Below are positions 27,237 through 40,489 of a DNA stretch of 64,000 nt, piece after piece. Both the position numbers and the translations under genes were made by a program. The number at the start of each line of letters is the position of its first letter. The first letter of the stretch is position 1. The notes beneath the pieces were generated by a model. The model searched no databases, was not told the origin of the DNA, and saw only the letters and a program-made list of their open reading frames with translations. Source of the stretch: Eledone cirrhosa (Eukaryota); contig OZ024740.1 of NCBI GenBank assembly GCA_964016885.1, positions 300,266,001-300,330,000 of the forward strand, given 5' to 3'.

Positions 27237-29508
27237 GGGTTAATTCGAAATATATCAGGCACATTCACTAAAATCACACATTATTATATTTTGTAAGAAA
27301 TAGATCCAGTGCCCAATGTACTCCTACCTATCTCAAAAACAACTGAGGGTACACCGTTTGTAAGTATAGTATAAAAGACTTGCTCAATCATGACTACCTT
27401 GGGGTTGAAAAGCAAATAAGGCGTATGTAGGTAGCTGGATATTATTTGGCTGTAAATATATACAAGTCACACTAGTTCAAAATATCACTTAAATCTAATG
27501 AAGGAACACAACAAAAATTCCCGGATTGTTTCGTCTACCAAACCTAATTGTGCACCCTTAAATTTAGAGCAAACACTTTACTCACTACATGATCACCGCT
27601 ACAAGGACCTGGAATTTATAGATGTTGCCAAATGTTTCTTCAAGAATGTTGCATTCTACCCAATGAAAAATATGTTCTGTTGAGTAATGAAATGTCAAAC
27701 TCAAATACATAAATAAATATGTAAATATAAATTTGAACAATCGTAGTGAAAACAACAACTTTTTAATTTTTAACATATAAAAATTCATTTGAAATTTTTC
27801 TATAATATTTAAATTCTATTATAATTGAAATATATTTTACTTAGGAAGGAATTTATCTGTTTCTGAGAATGAATTATCTACAATCATACAAACATACTTT
27901 TAACCAATACACTCTAACCGTATCCCCAGTTTTAACAAGTAAACTAAAGCATTTCAATTTGAACTTTGCTTAATCTTATTGATCTAATATGGACATTCAG
28001 TCATTTGCCTATGGTGATAAACACACTTCACTCTTATAACAACATTTCACTTAAGATTTCATTTACGTATCCGTATTGCTGGTGTTGGACGTTGTATTGT
28101 TTGTTATTCAACGAACGTAAGATATATGAAAAAATACATATATTTTCAACGAATGTAAAATATACAAAAAATATATTTATTTAGCTTATTAGGAATCTTC
28201 ATTCTCGCTTGGGGGACTGCTTAAAAATGTCGATGACTGAAAAACATTTAGAGTTAATATCTAACTTCAGGGTTTTCATCATTGAACATATTAAAGATTT
28301 AACGTGCCAAAACAGAATAAGCGCTTTTAGTTGTGCCGGTGTAAACATACGCTTTCTATAATTTCAATTTGGCAGCTATGCTAAAGCTTTTGAGAGGCGT
28401 TATAGTAGAATAGTGCTTCAAGCAATACATCGGTATCAAATTATTGGATTTCAGTACTTTATTTGACATAAGTATTAACTGTTCTAAAGTGCTTGAGAAA
28501 AAAACAGAAATCCAGTGCAATGTGAATTTGTAATCTGAAAGCAATTAGTTTGAAGTATCTCTTATTGATGAGTAAGAAAAAGGGCAAAGCATTATCGATA
28601 GTAGATCGATGCCGAAAATATCTGGAAGTTATAATAAAATAGTGGTTTCTAATATTCTATTCTGTTTCCGATATCTGTGTAACAGGAAACTCGGTCTCGT
28701 AAAAGAAAAGTGAAACTTGAGTAGGAAGTGAAAATTATTTTCAACGACTGAATATTAACAAAGAAGCGTTGGTATTGAAATAAGCGATGGGAAATTAGTT
28801 TTTTGTATTTTGTTTTCTCAAATATTGGCTGTTCAGTTTATGATTAATGGCCGATAGCAGTGATTTCCGCGTTTACAGCATCTGACAGAATTCTGAGCAG
28901 GAAGTAAAAGCATCGTTATTTTAGAGATGGAAATTAAGCCTGATTCGGTGTGTATTGAGTATATAGAGACACAATGAGCAAATACTGACAAATTTAATAG
29001 TCTATAAATCGTAAACAGCTAAATATTACGCATTAAATGATGAGTGTTTCTTTCTTATTCAATAATTACAAATCAGAAGTTTTGCACAAATGCACAATAT
29101 CGTATCTTACTAAAGTTAACATCGCAGTCAATTTAAAAAACCTATGATAAAGAGGTTTTCACCTATCTCTAGTATTTCATCAAATATCTTATACTAGAAC
29201 CTTAACATGAATGAATAATACATTAGTGTACAAATTCACTAGACGTAATGCATCAAAATCTAAGGAACATTATCCAAAATAGGATTAGAGTTAAATAAGG
29301 TTTAATTTGAGGATATTTCATATATTTTAAAATCCAAAATATTCCATAACTTCAGATGAAATATGTTGTACATAATTCGCCACAAAGAATACGTGTATAC
29401 CGTATACGACAACGATACATCTCAGGGTATAACGTTAGTTTTAACTTCAAACGTATTTGCAAAACATCAATTTCGTATTCCTTTCCATATAAAGTTATGT
29501 ACAATCAC

Positions 29509-29511
<3 letters not shown>

Positions 29512-29547
<36 letters not shown>

Positions 29548-29565
29548 CACGCACGCACGCACACA

Positions 29566-29608
<43 letters not shown>

Positions 29609-29609
29609 G

Positions 29610-29648
<39 letters not shown>

Positions 29649-29650
29649 GG
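29512..29650. repeat. Compound (CA)n/(CACG)n microsatellite
   Basis: Seen directly. Confidence 0.97.
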
Positions 29651-30335
29651 AGTAATGTTTTTATATATAAATAGCATCATTGTCTCAATATAATGGGTGG
29701 GCAAACATTTCAATCAACCGAGACTGTCCTCACAATTTTAAGAGCAAAACTGACTTTGACTATAGAGTCGGTGGAAGGCATTCGAGGGAGAGAACTCCTA
29801 TAGTAATGAGTGATCCAAGTGTTTCACATCAATTTAAGAGAATGCAAATTGAATAGAGTTGGACTTGTCTGCATGCCAGATTGTTGAAAACAATGGATAT
29901 GCCTAGAAATTACTACATTTCCTTAAAGAAATATATTCATATAGGAAGTAGCTATACTACAAATGATTTCTTATATAGGCACAAGGTGAGCAATTATCAC
30001 AGTGCATTACTGGTACTTTATCTTATCGAGCCCGCAAGTATGGTAGGCGGAGTTAACCTCGGCGGGATTCGCCTTTCATCCTTACGGGGTTGGTATATGT
30101 ATATAAACACACACACACACACATACACATATATTCAATTAGATTTGTTGGTTCGCCACTGGATAGAACTGGTCATTCCCTATAGTCAACCTTGATGTAA
30201 TATAAAGGGAGAGCACTCAATGTAATGCAACTCCCCCGTCTTCGTTTTTGTTGTTGGTGGGGCGAGTACGGAGTTAATTATTATAAAATAACAAGAGGCT
30301 GGACTGGTGTAATTCCTTAAAGGTGTATTATAATA

Positions 30336-30887
30336 CTAGCAGTGGTACCCGGCGTTGCCCGGGTTAAGGTATTTTGGATGGCGGGCCGCCAACAGAACTA
30401 ATCGTGGAAAGACTGCATGCCTGGACAATATGTAAAGAAAATAAACCGAATACTCTGATGGCTGGATAATCTTTAAGATTTTCGTCGATGAAGCAGGAAC
30501 AATGCAGGTTTTCACCTAATGCTGGCACTAGGGGTTCAAGAAAATGAATTTTTTTGTATGTGCATAATATGCCTTGAAATTTCGGGAAAATCGCCTAGAC
30601 GTAACGCCTCAAAAAAGCCCTAAAAAGTTTTTAAAAATGAAGTTTTTCACCTAGGCCATAAAGAAGTTGGATTTGTTCACGGTATGAAGAAGAGACTGAA
30701 TAATACATAGTTACAATTTCCAGGAAATCGGTCTGACGTAACGCCTTAAAAAACCCCTAAAACTATAAAAACGCAGTTTTTCGCCTAATGCGGGCCCTAG
30801 GGGATCAAAAAGTTGAATTGTGTATGTGCATCACAACCACACACAGACTCACACACACACAGACATCCTCAGTTTTATATATATACA
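30336..30887 (-). mobile_element. Non-autonomous Helitron
   Basis: Minus-strand 3' end: hairpin cccgggcaacgccggg, 8 nt, then CTAG. 5' end tgtatatatataaaactgaggatgtctgtgtg (TG in place of TC). Inserted at A|T with no TSD, as shown by the opposite palindrome arm. Confidence 0.85.
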
Positions 30888-31102
30888 TGAACATTTCAAT
30901 GACCGTGTTCAGTATGAATCCGGTGATATCATCAGGTATTAGAAATATAACAAAGGAATATAATAGACACAATCCATGGGGCCGAATAGACAGAGAGACA
31001 AGAAGGCGGACTAGAAACTGGTAAATGTTTGGCCGCCATCTTGTCTCTCTGAATTTTGGGCCCCATGGATTGTGTCTATTATATTCCTTTGTTAAATTTC
31101 GA

Positions 31103-31159
31103 ATACCTGATGATGTCACCAGATCATACTGAATCCGATCATTGAAACGTTCATAGTAT
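31103..31159 (+). ncRNA. Putative type I hammerhead (family B), partly decayed
   Basis: atac-CTGATGA-(30 nt)-GAAAcgttcaTA-gtat. The mirror copy at 30888-30939 has a better stem III (GAAAtg tt caTA). Confidence 0.5.
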
Positions 31160-31202
31160 AATAAACCTTTAAGTAAATACACCAGTCCAGCCTCATGTTA
31201 TT

Positions 31203-31231
<29 letters not shown>

Positions 31232-31233
<2 letters not shown>

Positions 31234-31485
31234 CGGTACACCCGGCCGACTAACTCAATCGATATGCAAATTAGGCTGCTCAGCCGTTAATATGCATAAG
31301 GAAAGTATATACTTTCAAACGTTCAATCGTCTGACAGGAAGGTATACAGCGCTGATGACAGCTAATAAGCTAGTAGCTAGTTCATCGTTCCTTTGTCAGT
31401 GTTGAACAAAAGGGCAATGATGGTTGCCGAACATTGTACGGCTACTAATTCGGGCTGTTTGTTTATAAACAAACGTATACATACT

Positions 31486-31541
<56 letters not shown>

Positions 31542-32085
31542 TATGTATACGTGTTCGGCAACCATCATTGCCCTTTTGTTCAACACTGACAAAGGAACGA
31601 TAAACTAGCTACTAGCTTATTAGCTGTCATCAGCACTGTATACCTTCCTGTCAGACGATTGAACGTTTGAAAGTATATACTTTCCTTATGCATATTAACG
31701 ACTGAGCAGCCTAATTTGCATATCGATTGAGTTAGTCGGCCGGGTGTACCGATATATATATATAAGTATGTATACGTACATACATATATGTGTACATACA
31801 TACAGTAGTATGTATATATATACGTACATACACACATATATATATATGTACGTATGGGTTTACCGAACATTTATTATAATGTTCGGTTTGTTTGTAAACA
31901 AGCACCCCGATTTACGCCGTACCTTGCTCGGAAACCATCGTCGCCCTTTTGTTCAACACTGACACAGGAACGATGTACTAGTTTCAAGCTTATTAGCTAT
32001 CGTCAGCATCATATACCTTTCTGTCAGATGATTGAACGTTTGAAAGTATACTTTCCTTATGCATATTAACGGCTGAGCAGCCAAA
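31232..32085. mobile_element. Three copies of a ~230-bp HHR-bearing unit (family C), separated by TA-rich microsatellites
   Basis: 31232-31488 (+) and 31540-31755 (-) are near-identical inverted copies. A diverged third copy lies at 31855-32085 (-). Confidence 0.75.
31972..32010 (-). ncRNA. Minimal type I hammerhead ribozyme (family C), intact core
   Basis: gatg-CTGACGA-t-agct aata agct-t-GAAAC-ta-GTA-catc. Stem III is the palindrome ACTAGT. Confidence 0.8.
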
Positions 32086-32993
32086 TAAAGGGCGATAAGA
32101 AAAGTTGATAAGAAAATCTAAGAGGGCTAGAAATTGTTTGCCTACATTGGTTTTAACGTTGAGTTAGAAGGGAGGAGAGAACCAATGTAGGCAAACAATT
32201 TCTAGCCCTCTTAGATAGACACAAAGTAAAAAAAGGATACTCCTGCGCTAAGAACATGAAGGCCAACATCACCAACAGCCCTAAGAGCAACACCCCACCA
32301 GGGTGCTCTTGCCGTAAGCCCGAAGCTTGCCTCTTCAACAGCAATGCAACGCACCCGCTGTAGTTTATGAAACTGTGATCACTTGCAATCGACCATATCA
32401 ACCACAGGAGCTCAAATCCTAAATGGGTATGGCGGAGGGCCGATTTAAGGAACGCTTCCTGAACCACCAGTCGACCTTTTGGTACCCGGACAGATGTTCA
32501 TCCACGAAACTCGCGAGCCACGTATGGTCACACAAGGACTCAAGTATAGACTACTACATTCAATGGAAAGCCATCGCTAAGTCCAAGCCATACGCAAGGG
32601 GAAATCCGTCGTGTGGACTATGTGGTGATGAACGAATAAATATTCTAAAGAGATTACGCAATAGTGATTGCCTAAACACGAGAATTGAATTCTTCACACG
32701 TTGTCCACGCATCTGGAAACACCTCTTACATAACTACAAAGCTCCGGATTGAATTACAACAACATCCTAATTGTCTCATCAACTAGAAACTTTTCGGACT
32801 CTCGCAGTTATCTCCCTTACACCTTTCGCACGCATTTTAGTATTGCGCTTGTGAAGTGATCGTTTCTGCGCATGCGCGTTCGTACGGTTGTCCTTTCTGT
32901 TCTGTATAACCATGTCCATTACGAGATGAGGATCCGCTAAGGTGAAACAATTATTGTCGGTATGGTGAACTAACTGTTGTGTAACCACTTCTA
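32086..32993 (+). mobile_element. PLE 3' fragment (GIY-YIG C-terminal half + pLTR) with short 5' inversion
   Basis: MGMAEGRFKERFLNH..TKLASHVWSHK..IQWKAI..CGLCGDE..LNTRIEFFTRCP. Decayed HHR at 32922-32959. Confidence 0.85.
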
Positions 32994-34129
32994 TATACAT
33001 ATATATATATATATGGGAAAGGGAAATGAAATAAATCGTCCATTATCTGTGTTAACAATGGTCAAGTGGAAAACGAGTTAGTTGAGTTTTATCCATAAAG
33101 TATAAATTTACAAATAATCGCGGTCCTATATATATTGAAGGTTTTTAGTATAGCCAGATTAAGCAAAATAGTAATTATTGTCAAACAGATTTTTAGAAAG
33201 TAACAAAATTAGAAACAATGAGTAGGTAAATAAAGCTAGTAGATGTATATTTCATGGGGATATTCTTTTCTTATTCAGTAGCTGCATTACAACAGATTGT
33301 AATTTGATACACATTGTCAGAACACAGCTTATACATATTTATATTCATATGATTTCTAAGACGAGAGAAATTTACTTGATGTCTTACAAACATTTAGAGA
33401 ATATTCATCTAGACAATATTGAACGGGGGATAATTAGTAACAATCATTAACATTATATTAGGAAATAAATAGCATTAGTAAAGGAAATACGCTTTTTTAT
33501 ATATGTCTTTTATATACGCTTCTGTTATACATGTCTATTAAATAGGACTCAATCTTACGATTGGTTAAGAAGTAATGAATACACGTATATAAAGGAAGCA
33601 TTTTAAAACTAGCATCTTAAACCGCATTAGGTTAATATATGTAAGAAGTTTAAATTGCCAAACATGAGATAATATGAATTAATCCTCAAGCTGTTTCAGT
33701 AAAACTATTTAAGCCTAATATTTTAACTGGAAACTAAATTCAGGCAAAATAGATAAATAGGAGAAAATAGGAAAAATATAACACTTCATGTATTGTAAAT
33801 CAGCAAAGCCTTCTATATCCCATGAATACAGAGATATGTATGGACCTCTGCTGAAATTATATCACACACACTATTATAAGTGAACAACATTATAATATTA
33901 ACTGAAATACTATCAATATACAAATAAATAAATTCGGCAGCAGGCAATATCATTTTAAAAGCATAATGTAAAATATCTGAATGAGGGCGAAGGTAAAAGT
34001 AGCAGTTAAACGCCGGACAAGGCTTCTTATTAATACAACAAAGTAACAATGTTCAGCAAAAGTAACTTAGTGGTGATGGCAGGGAATTAAAATTAGGTGA
34101 GATCAATTACTGAAATATTGGTAATCACT

Positions 34130-34270
34130 AAGCCAGTGACTTAGTGGTTAGAGCATTGGGATTGCAATCGAAAGGTAATGAGTTCAATTCTCGGACCGAG
34201 TGAGGTGATGTTTCCTTGAGCAAGGCACTTTATTTCACTTTGCCACAGTTTACTCAGCTGTAGAAGGGAG
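34130..34270 (+). mobile_element. Decayed tRNA-derived SINE (second family)
   Basis: A-box-like tgacttagtggttagagc, B-box-like gagttcaattctc, then ccttgagcaaggcacttt. Confidence 0.6.
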
Positions 34271-34569
34271 ATGATAGGACTGGGGTCCCTAGCATTAAGT
34301 TACCCAAGATACCTGCAACGAGATATACCTTGGAGGAGGCCAGCTAAACCTGTCACATACACACACACACACTAGAAAAACAGAAGTGAAACCTAACGTC
34401 ACTTATAAGCACTTCATCCATTATGTAATATGGTAATATTCATTTTTAAAAAGTAGCATTCTTAAACACAGCTGTAATATTATAATACAACGGGAGGAAA
34501 CATAAAAGTATCACAGACGATGTCAGAGGTGTGTGACGAAATAACTCGCAGGTATACATTTATATGTAT

Positions 34570-34614
<45 letters not shown>

Positions 34615-34824
34615 GATAAATCTACCACTCAATGGGAGGGTGTAAACCGTATAAAGAACTCAATGTAATCCGTATGTAGAAGATGTCGTGAAGCAAAGTT
34701 TAAATTACAAAAATTAAAATACAAAAACTTTTATCAACGATATAATTTAATTGGATACAGAGTCAAAATAGAAATATTAAAACAATGAAATTAAACAGAA
34801 ATCTGTTAATTCATAGTAAAACAC

Positions 34825-34958
34825 ATTATTTTACGATCGTTTCTGGGGGTAGTTCTCTGTATGTTCATTCAATTATTAATCTATGAAAAACATATTACAA
34901 AATATCATAGTAAGAAAAAATACATACGTCTTCACGACCCGCCGTCTTCAGAAATAAT
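34825..34958 (-). ncRNA. Type I hammerhead with very long stem II (family D), in the 3' pLTR
   Basis: attattt-CTGAAGA-(~100 nt)-GAAAC-gatc-GTA-aaataat. Palindromic ACGATCGT. Confidence 0.78.
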
Positions 34959-37900
34959 GAGTTTTGTTTATTGAAGAATACAAAAAACATATATATGAAT
35001 AAGTAAGGTTTTATAACCAGGTTGAAATTGACTATTGTTAAGAATGGAAAGTGGCAGTACAAATCCTTAAGGTTGGTGGTAGTAGAGGAATAAATAGGCA
35101 ATCAGTGGATAAGGTATCAAATGTCTTTTAAGAAAAGAAATGAAAGTTGTTAGTGTAAATGAGTTTAGCCATATTGTATATAACATTGTTGATGGTCAAA
35201 GAAGCTTACGGTTGGAGGAGAAGGGGTACTGAGATTAGTGTGTTACATCAAGTAGAATGGAATAGAAGAATCTTAAAAAGTTAGTTATTTCTTTATTGTG
35301 AGGAATAATTTGTTCTAAAAATATATATACACATGTTTATATATAGGCTTACATTTATGCATATACATACATATATACACACACATATATACATATTCAC
35401 ACACACACACACACACCTATACTCACACATTTATTCACCTATATCTATTTTTCTATATTTGTTTAGTTGTATTTATAATATTTGAATGTGCTTCTAATGT
35501 TATGGTTACATACTAAAATTAATTCTTGTCTTTTATTTAATAGAGTGTCTTTCGATTTAGTAATTTCAAAAATTTCTTGGGAACATAGTCCGCACTCCCT
35601 TCTATTTCCCTGATAAGAAATTGCTCTCTTAAGAATCTTCCAAGTTAGGTTATATTTAATATTCTTCTTTTTACAATTATTAACTGCTTCCGCTAAATAA
35701 GTGGTATTTGCTAATTTTGTGTTTCGGAAAATGTGGGTGTGTGCATAAAATCTCGATTTAAATGGATTAGAAGTGGATCCTATATAGGATTGATTAGAGT
35801 CTTTAGTGGTGATTACACATTTATATACTATATTATTAATTAAGCACTTTCGTTTAAGGGGCAATTTTCTTTTATTCTACAATTACAACCGTTTGCATAT
35901 AAGGTTTCAGATGTGGTATTCATATTCTCAATAATAGTGCTAGTATTTGTGTTTTCCTTTTTATTTGGGAGAGATGGGTTTACGGTAGGGTGGTTATAAT
36001 CCGAATTGTTGCTAGTAGGTGAAATTATAATTGATATAGCGTTTATGGAGTCATGGTTGTTTTGGGCGCTATTAGTTAGATTGGGTATGTAAATCTTAGT
36101 CCCTATTAAGGATGAGGAAGATGGTAGTTGGTTGTAGTCTACTATATTGTGCTGGTGAGGTGAGTGAGCGGATCTATCAGGTGGGTATGTAGTAATATTC
36201 TGGTTATGCGTTGTACTATTACCATAGTTATCTTGTATGTGGTGTGCTATTGTGTGTGGTATAGATGGAGCTTTTTTACATTTATAGACGTTATATGCAC
36301 TTATTTTTTGTTGTATATTGCTCGATGTGGAGTAAGAAAATGTTACTGTATTTCTGTTTAAGATTTGATGGTATTTGTGGTTAGGTGGGAAATGCTTATC
36401 GAGAATTGTAAAAAATCTTTTAGGGATTTGGCCCATAGTTTGCAAGCTGAATGGAGCGTTATGCCATGTTACATTTCTTTTATGATTTCTAAAAGGTTTC
36501 CTCTTGTTATATTGGGTATGTATAGAAGTTTGAGGGTAGATATTGTTATCAGATTAAATTATAACATTGTGATTGTTATTATGGGTGTGAAGTAATTGTT
36601 TAGTAGATTTTTGAATTGTATTAGTTTTTGATTTATTGCTTTTTGTTTGATTTGTAGAGGATATTGTGTTTTGTTAATGGAGCATTATTGATAGGACCTG
36701 GAATTTCGGTACCATTCTTGTTATATACGGTAGTTCGGATATGTTTCTCTAGTTTTTTTTGGATTGCAAGGGTGTAGTTTGGTTATGTTGAAGGTTCGAT
36801 GAGATAGGTGATATATCATTAGGTTTATTGTGAGATTTAAGATATAAGGTGTTATTACTAACTGATTTTTTAAGAGTAGTGGAGGAAGGTGTTTTCGCAC
36901 GGTTTGCAGTAATAATATTAGGTAAGTTATAGAAATATTCGGAATCGCTAGGATTGATGATTTTTAGAGAATTTGTGTCATTCGTGTTTATGTGGATATT
37001 GGGAGTAATGGTAGGATCTAGGTTTTTCGGCGTTTTAATGCTTTGTTTTTGTTTTGTTTTTTTCTGCGGTGTTTGTTGCTTATTGTTGGCTGTATGCTAG
37101 GGGTATTTATGCTGTTAGGTATGTAAAATATTTTATCTTTATAGCCACTTCTAATTAAAGCCTCATTATAATAAAGGGCATTTTTATAGAATATTTCTTC
37201 ACTAGATGATAATTTAGATAGTCTGAGTGAGATATTGTAGACTAGATTTTTAGTATGGAACTAGGGTGGTTAGATAGTGAATGTATATAATGGAGGTTTT
37301 GGTTTGGTTTGTGGTAGGGTTGGTAACTGCCTGTTGATAGATTTAAAGAGATGTCGAGGAAATTGACCATTTTAGTGGTATTTTCAAAAGTAACCGTAAC
37401 ATTATAGTAATTTTTGAGGAATTTCCTAATATGCTTTTTATTTCTTTCAATTGCTGAGAGACTAAGATTATTAGCTAGAAGAAGACAGTCATCGCGATAT
37501 AGACCACCATTGAGGTGGGGAAAAAAGGAATTCAAATTATGTAAGAGGAAGAGTCCCACAAGATCCGTAACCTGGGCGGAATCCATTGAGCCCATAGTAA
37601 TATCATATAAATCACTATAAGTATTCCTAGTCCAATACTCGTCCTGGAAGTCCAATAGAGTTTGTCTGGCGTGTGTGATGATCTTAATTTCATCCATAGT
37701 TAATTCCGATCTATTTTTGGCGAAAATTAATGCTTTGTTTAGTAGTATGGGGGATATTGATGAATAGTATACATCGATGTCGAATTGGAGAAATGAAGCT
37801 GAGGGCTTATTTGTGATGTTGGTGAACCGATTGATAACTTGGGAAATGTTTTCCCATAGCGGTAGTTTTACATGCTTCCTTATTTGTGGGATAATTTTAT

Positions 37901-39411
37901 CAAGAATCTTTTGGCTTATTACTCCGATGTCCGATTTAGATGGGCATATGAGTCTAATCGATGGGTTTGAGTTGAAGTCAGATTTATGATCTTTCAGATT
38001 AAAGTGTGGATTTTTGGGTGTGAAAAGTTCGGTACTATCTTCGATGTTGAGTTCCTTTACTATGGTGTATGATTTATTGTTTATCGAGGTGAGTGCTGTA
38101 CTACTGGTTTTCTTATAGTTCTTCCTTAGTTCTTTATAAATGAATTGGTTATATTCATCAATGTTCATATGGTATAAGTTACCAGTTTTGTCAGAGTGGA
38201 CATAAATTTTACTAGAGTTTTTTATTTTAATTAGAGTAGAGTCCATTCTTTTTTAAAGTTTGATTTGTGTTTCTTAAATTTGATGTGTTTAATCATATTT
38301 AGTAAATCTTTTTCAACATGTTCAAGCATAGAATTCTGAGGAGAGTTTTTATATGTGCGAAAGTCATAAAAGTTTTTCTTCTCATCTCTTTTGGTTTTGT
38401 TATCGAAGTGGTATGCCCGCCAACGAACTCTTCTAATAAATTGGTTAGTTTTTTATATAAGAAGAAGGAATTCCTCTTTAGAGGGAATTGGTACATTTTT
38501 CAACGAAGTTCCTAAGCATTGCCTTTCCATTGCAATACGGATATTAGACAAGATAAGAGCTCAACTAAATATATTAATTAATAAAGAAAATCAATAAAAG
38601 AGGAGCAAAGTACACAGATAAATCTACCACTCAATGGTAGGGTCTAAACCGTATAAAGAACTAAATGTAATCCGTATGTAGAAGATGTCGTGAAGCAAAG
38701 TTTAAAATACAATAAATGTTATCAACGATATAATTCAATTGGATACAGAGTCAAAATAGAAATATAAAAACAATGAAATTAAACACAAAACAGTTAATTC
38801 ATAGTAAAACACATTATTTTACGATCGTTTCTGGGGGTAGTTCTCTGTATGTTCATTCAATTATTGATCTACGTAAAACATATTACAAAATATCATAGTA
38901 AAAAAAAAATACGTACGTCTTCACTACCGGTGTGTGTGTGAATATGTATATCTGTGTGTTTATATGTATGTATATGCATAAATGTAAGCCTATATATAAA
39001 CATGTGTAACTATACATGTGTATATATATTTTTTTATATTATATATTTTTAGAACAAATTATTCCTCACAACAAAGAAATAACTAACTTTTTAAAATTGT
39101 TCTATTCCATTCTACTTGATGTAACACACTAATCTCAGTACCCCTTCTCCTCCAACCGTAATCTTCTTTGACCATCAACACTTTTATATAGAATATGGCT
39201 AAACTCATTTACACTAACAATTTTCATTTCTCTGCTTTAAAGACATTTGATACTTAATCCACTGATGGGCTATTTATTCATCTACTACCACCAACCTTAA
39301 GGATTTGTACTGCCCCTTTCCATTCTTAACAATGGTCAATTTGAACCTGGTTATAAAACCTTACTTATTCATGTATATGTTTTTTTTGGTATTCTTCAAT
39401 AAACAAAACTA

Positions 39412-39546
39412 ATTATTTCTGAAGACGGCGGGTAGTGAAGACGTATGTATTTTTTCTTACTATGATATTTTGTAATATGTTTCCCATAGATCAACAATTG
39501 AATGAACATACAGCGAACTACCCCCCAGAAACGATCGTAAAATAAT
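39412..39546 (+). ncRNA. Type I hammerhead (family D), in the inverted pLTR
   Basis: attattt-CTGAAGA-cggcgggtagt...actacccccca-GAAACgatcGTA-aaataat. 7-bp stem I. Confidence 0.8.
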
Positions 39547-39595
39547 GTGTTTTACTATGAATTAAAAGTTTTGTGTTTAATTTCATTGTTTAATA

Positions 39596-39672
<77 letters not shown>

Positions 39673-40489
39673 GAGAAACAAACAAGATAAGAACAAATAA
39701 ATTACTTACTTTAATGTCCTTACTGCAGTTTCTTGGAAAGAATTACTATACTGTGAGTAGAGAGCATCGCGACACATTTCAAAACATGAGGAGACTTTTT
39801 TCTCATTCCAGAAAGAAAATTCAAGACAGGAATTCGAGGCTGCTTGCTGTCAGTGAAAATTTCAAATGGAAAATCTGGACAAGTGATAAACAGGAGGGTA
39901 GTAGTAATGTGGACATTGGCAGGCTACGTGCTACTCGAAAAAGTTGTTCGATTCGACCATAGATATACGTGTATGTATGTATGTATACATATATATATAT
40001 GTATATATCATCTTGGTTAAGAGAGTGGGACTGGCTTTGTGCAGTGCCTTTGCTCACTATAAAAGCTTCACGGCACAGGCATTGCTTTATATCTGGAGAT
40101 CTCTCTGCACTTGTCATCACATGGTACCATGGGCCCAGCACTATATGTCAATAATTGTCACAAGTGTAGTGTTTGTACCAGAGTTTTCAAGTCGCTGGCT
40201 GGACTAAAAAGTCACGCTCGTTCAGCGCATCGGTAGGGGTTCTCCTACATGGATATAAAGTAGTGGCCGTACTCGAAAACGGGTTGGCAGCCACCATATA
40301 TATATATATATATATATATTAAAATAACAGATTCAAATTTAAGTAAAGAATCGATGCTTTGACCCTTAACTGGATCTTCTGAAACTAGGGTTCTTATATA
40401 TTTGATATTTATTTATCCTTATCTAGCCCTCTTTGGATTTTAGTCATCACATTTATTATTATTACTATAGATATATATATTATATATAT

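Larger units (their letters stand above)
30280..31208. mobile_element. Palindromic HHR-bearing PLE-like unit interrupted by a Helitron
   Basis: 30280-30335 plus 30888-31000 is the reverse complement of ~31040-31208. A CTGATGA..GAAA core is present in both arms. Confidence 0.7.
34609..39600 (-). mobile_element. Near-complete Penelope-like retroelement (Neptune-type): RT + GIY-YIG, with direct and inverted pLTRs
   Basis: RT 37242-38246 (SDKTGN, FDIDVYYSSI, ITMGS, GLYRDD, NFLDISL). CNC..CPL linker and VYKC..YIGST..FKSRF..H endonuclease at 35463-35890. 34609-34940 is repeated directly at 38613-38928, and ~34775-35390 is repeated inverted at 38930-39600. Confidence 0.93.

Noticed and set aside
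27498-29860. Several short open frames considered as upstream exons of the WD40-like gene
   Set aside because: None has both a good acceptor and donor with an open, compatible phase.
34513-34550. cagacga-tgtca..tgac-GAAA HHR-like motif
   Set aside because: The core is mutated and stem I is absent, so at most a relic.
39714-39830. GAAAC-tgca-GTA half-hammerhead on the minus strand
   Set aside because: No CUGANGA partner found.
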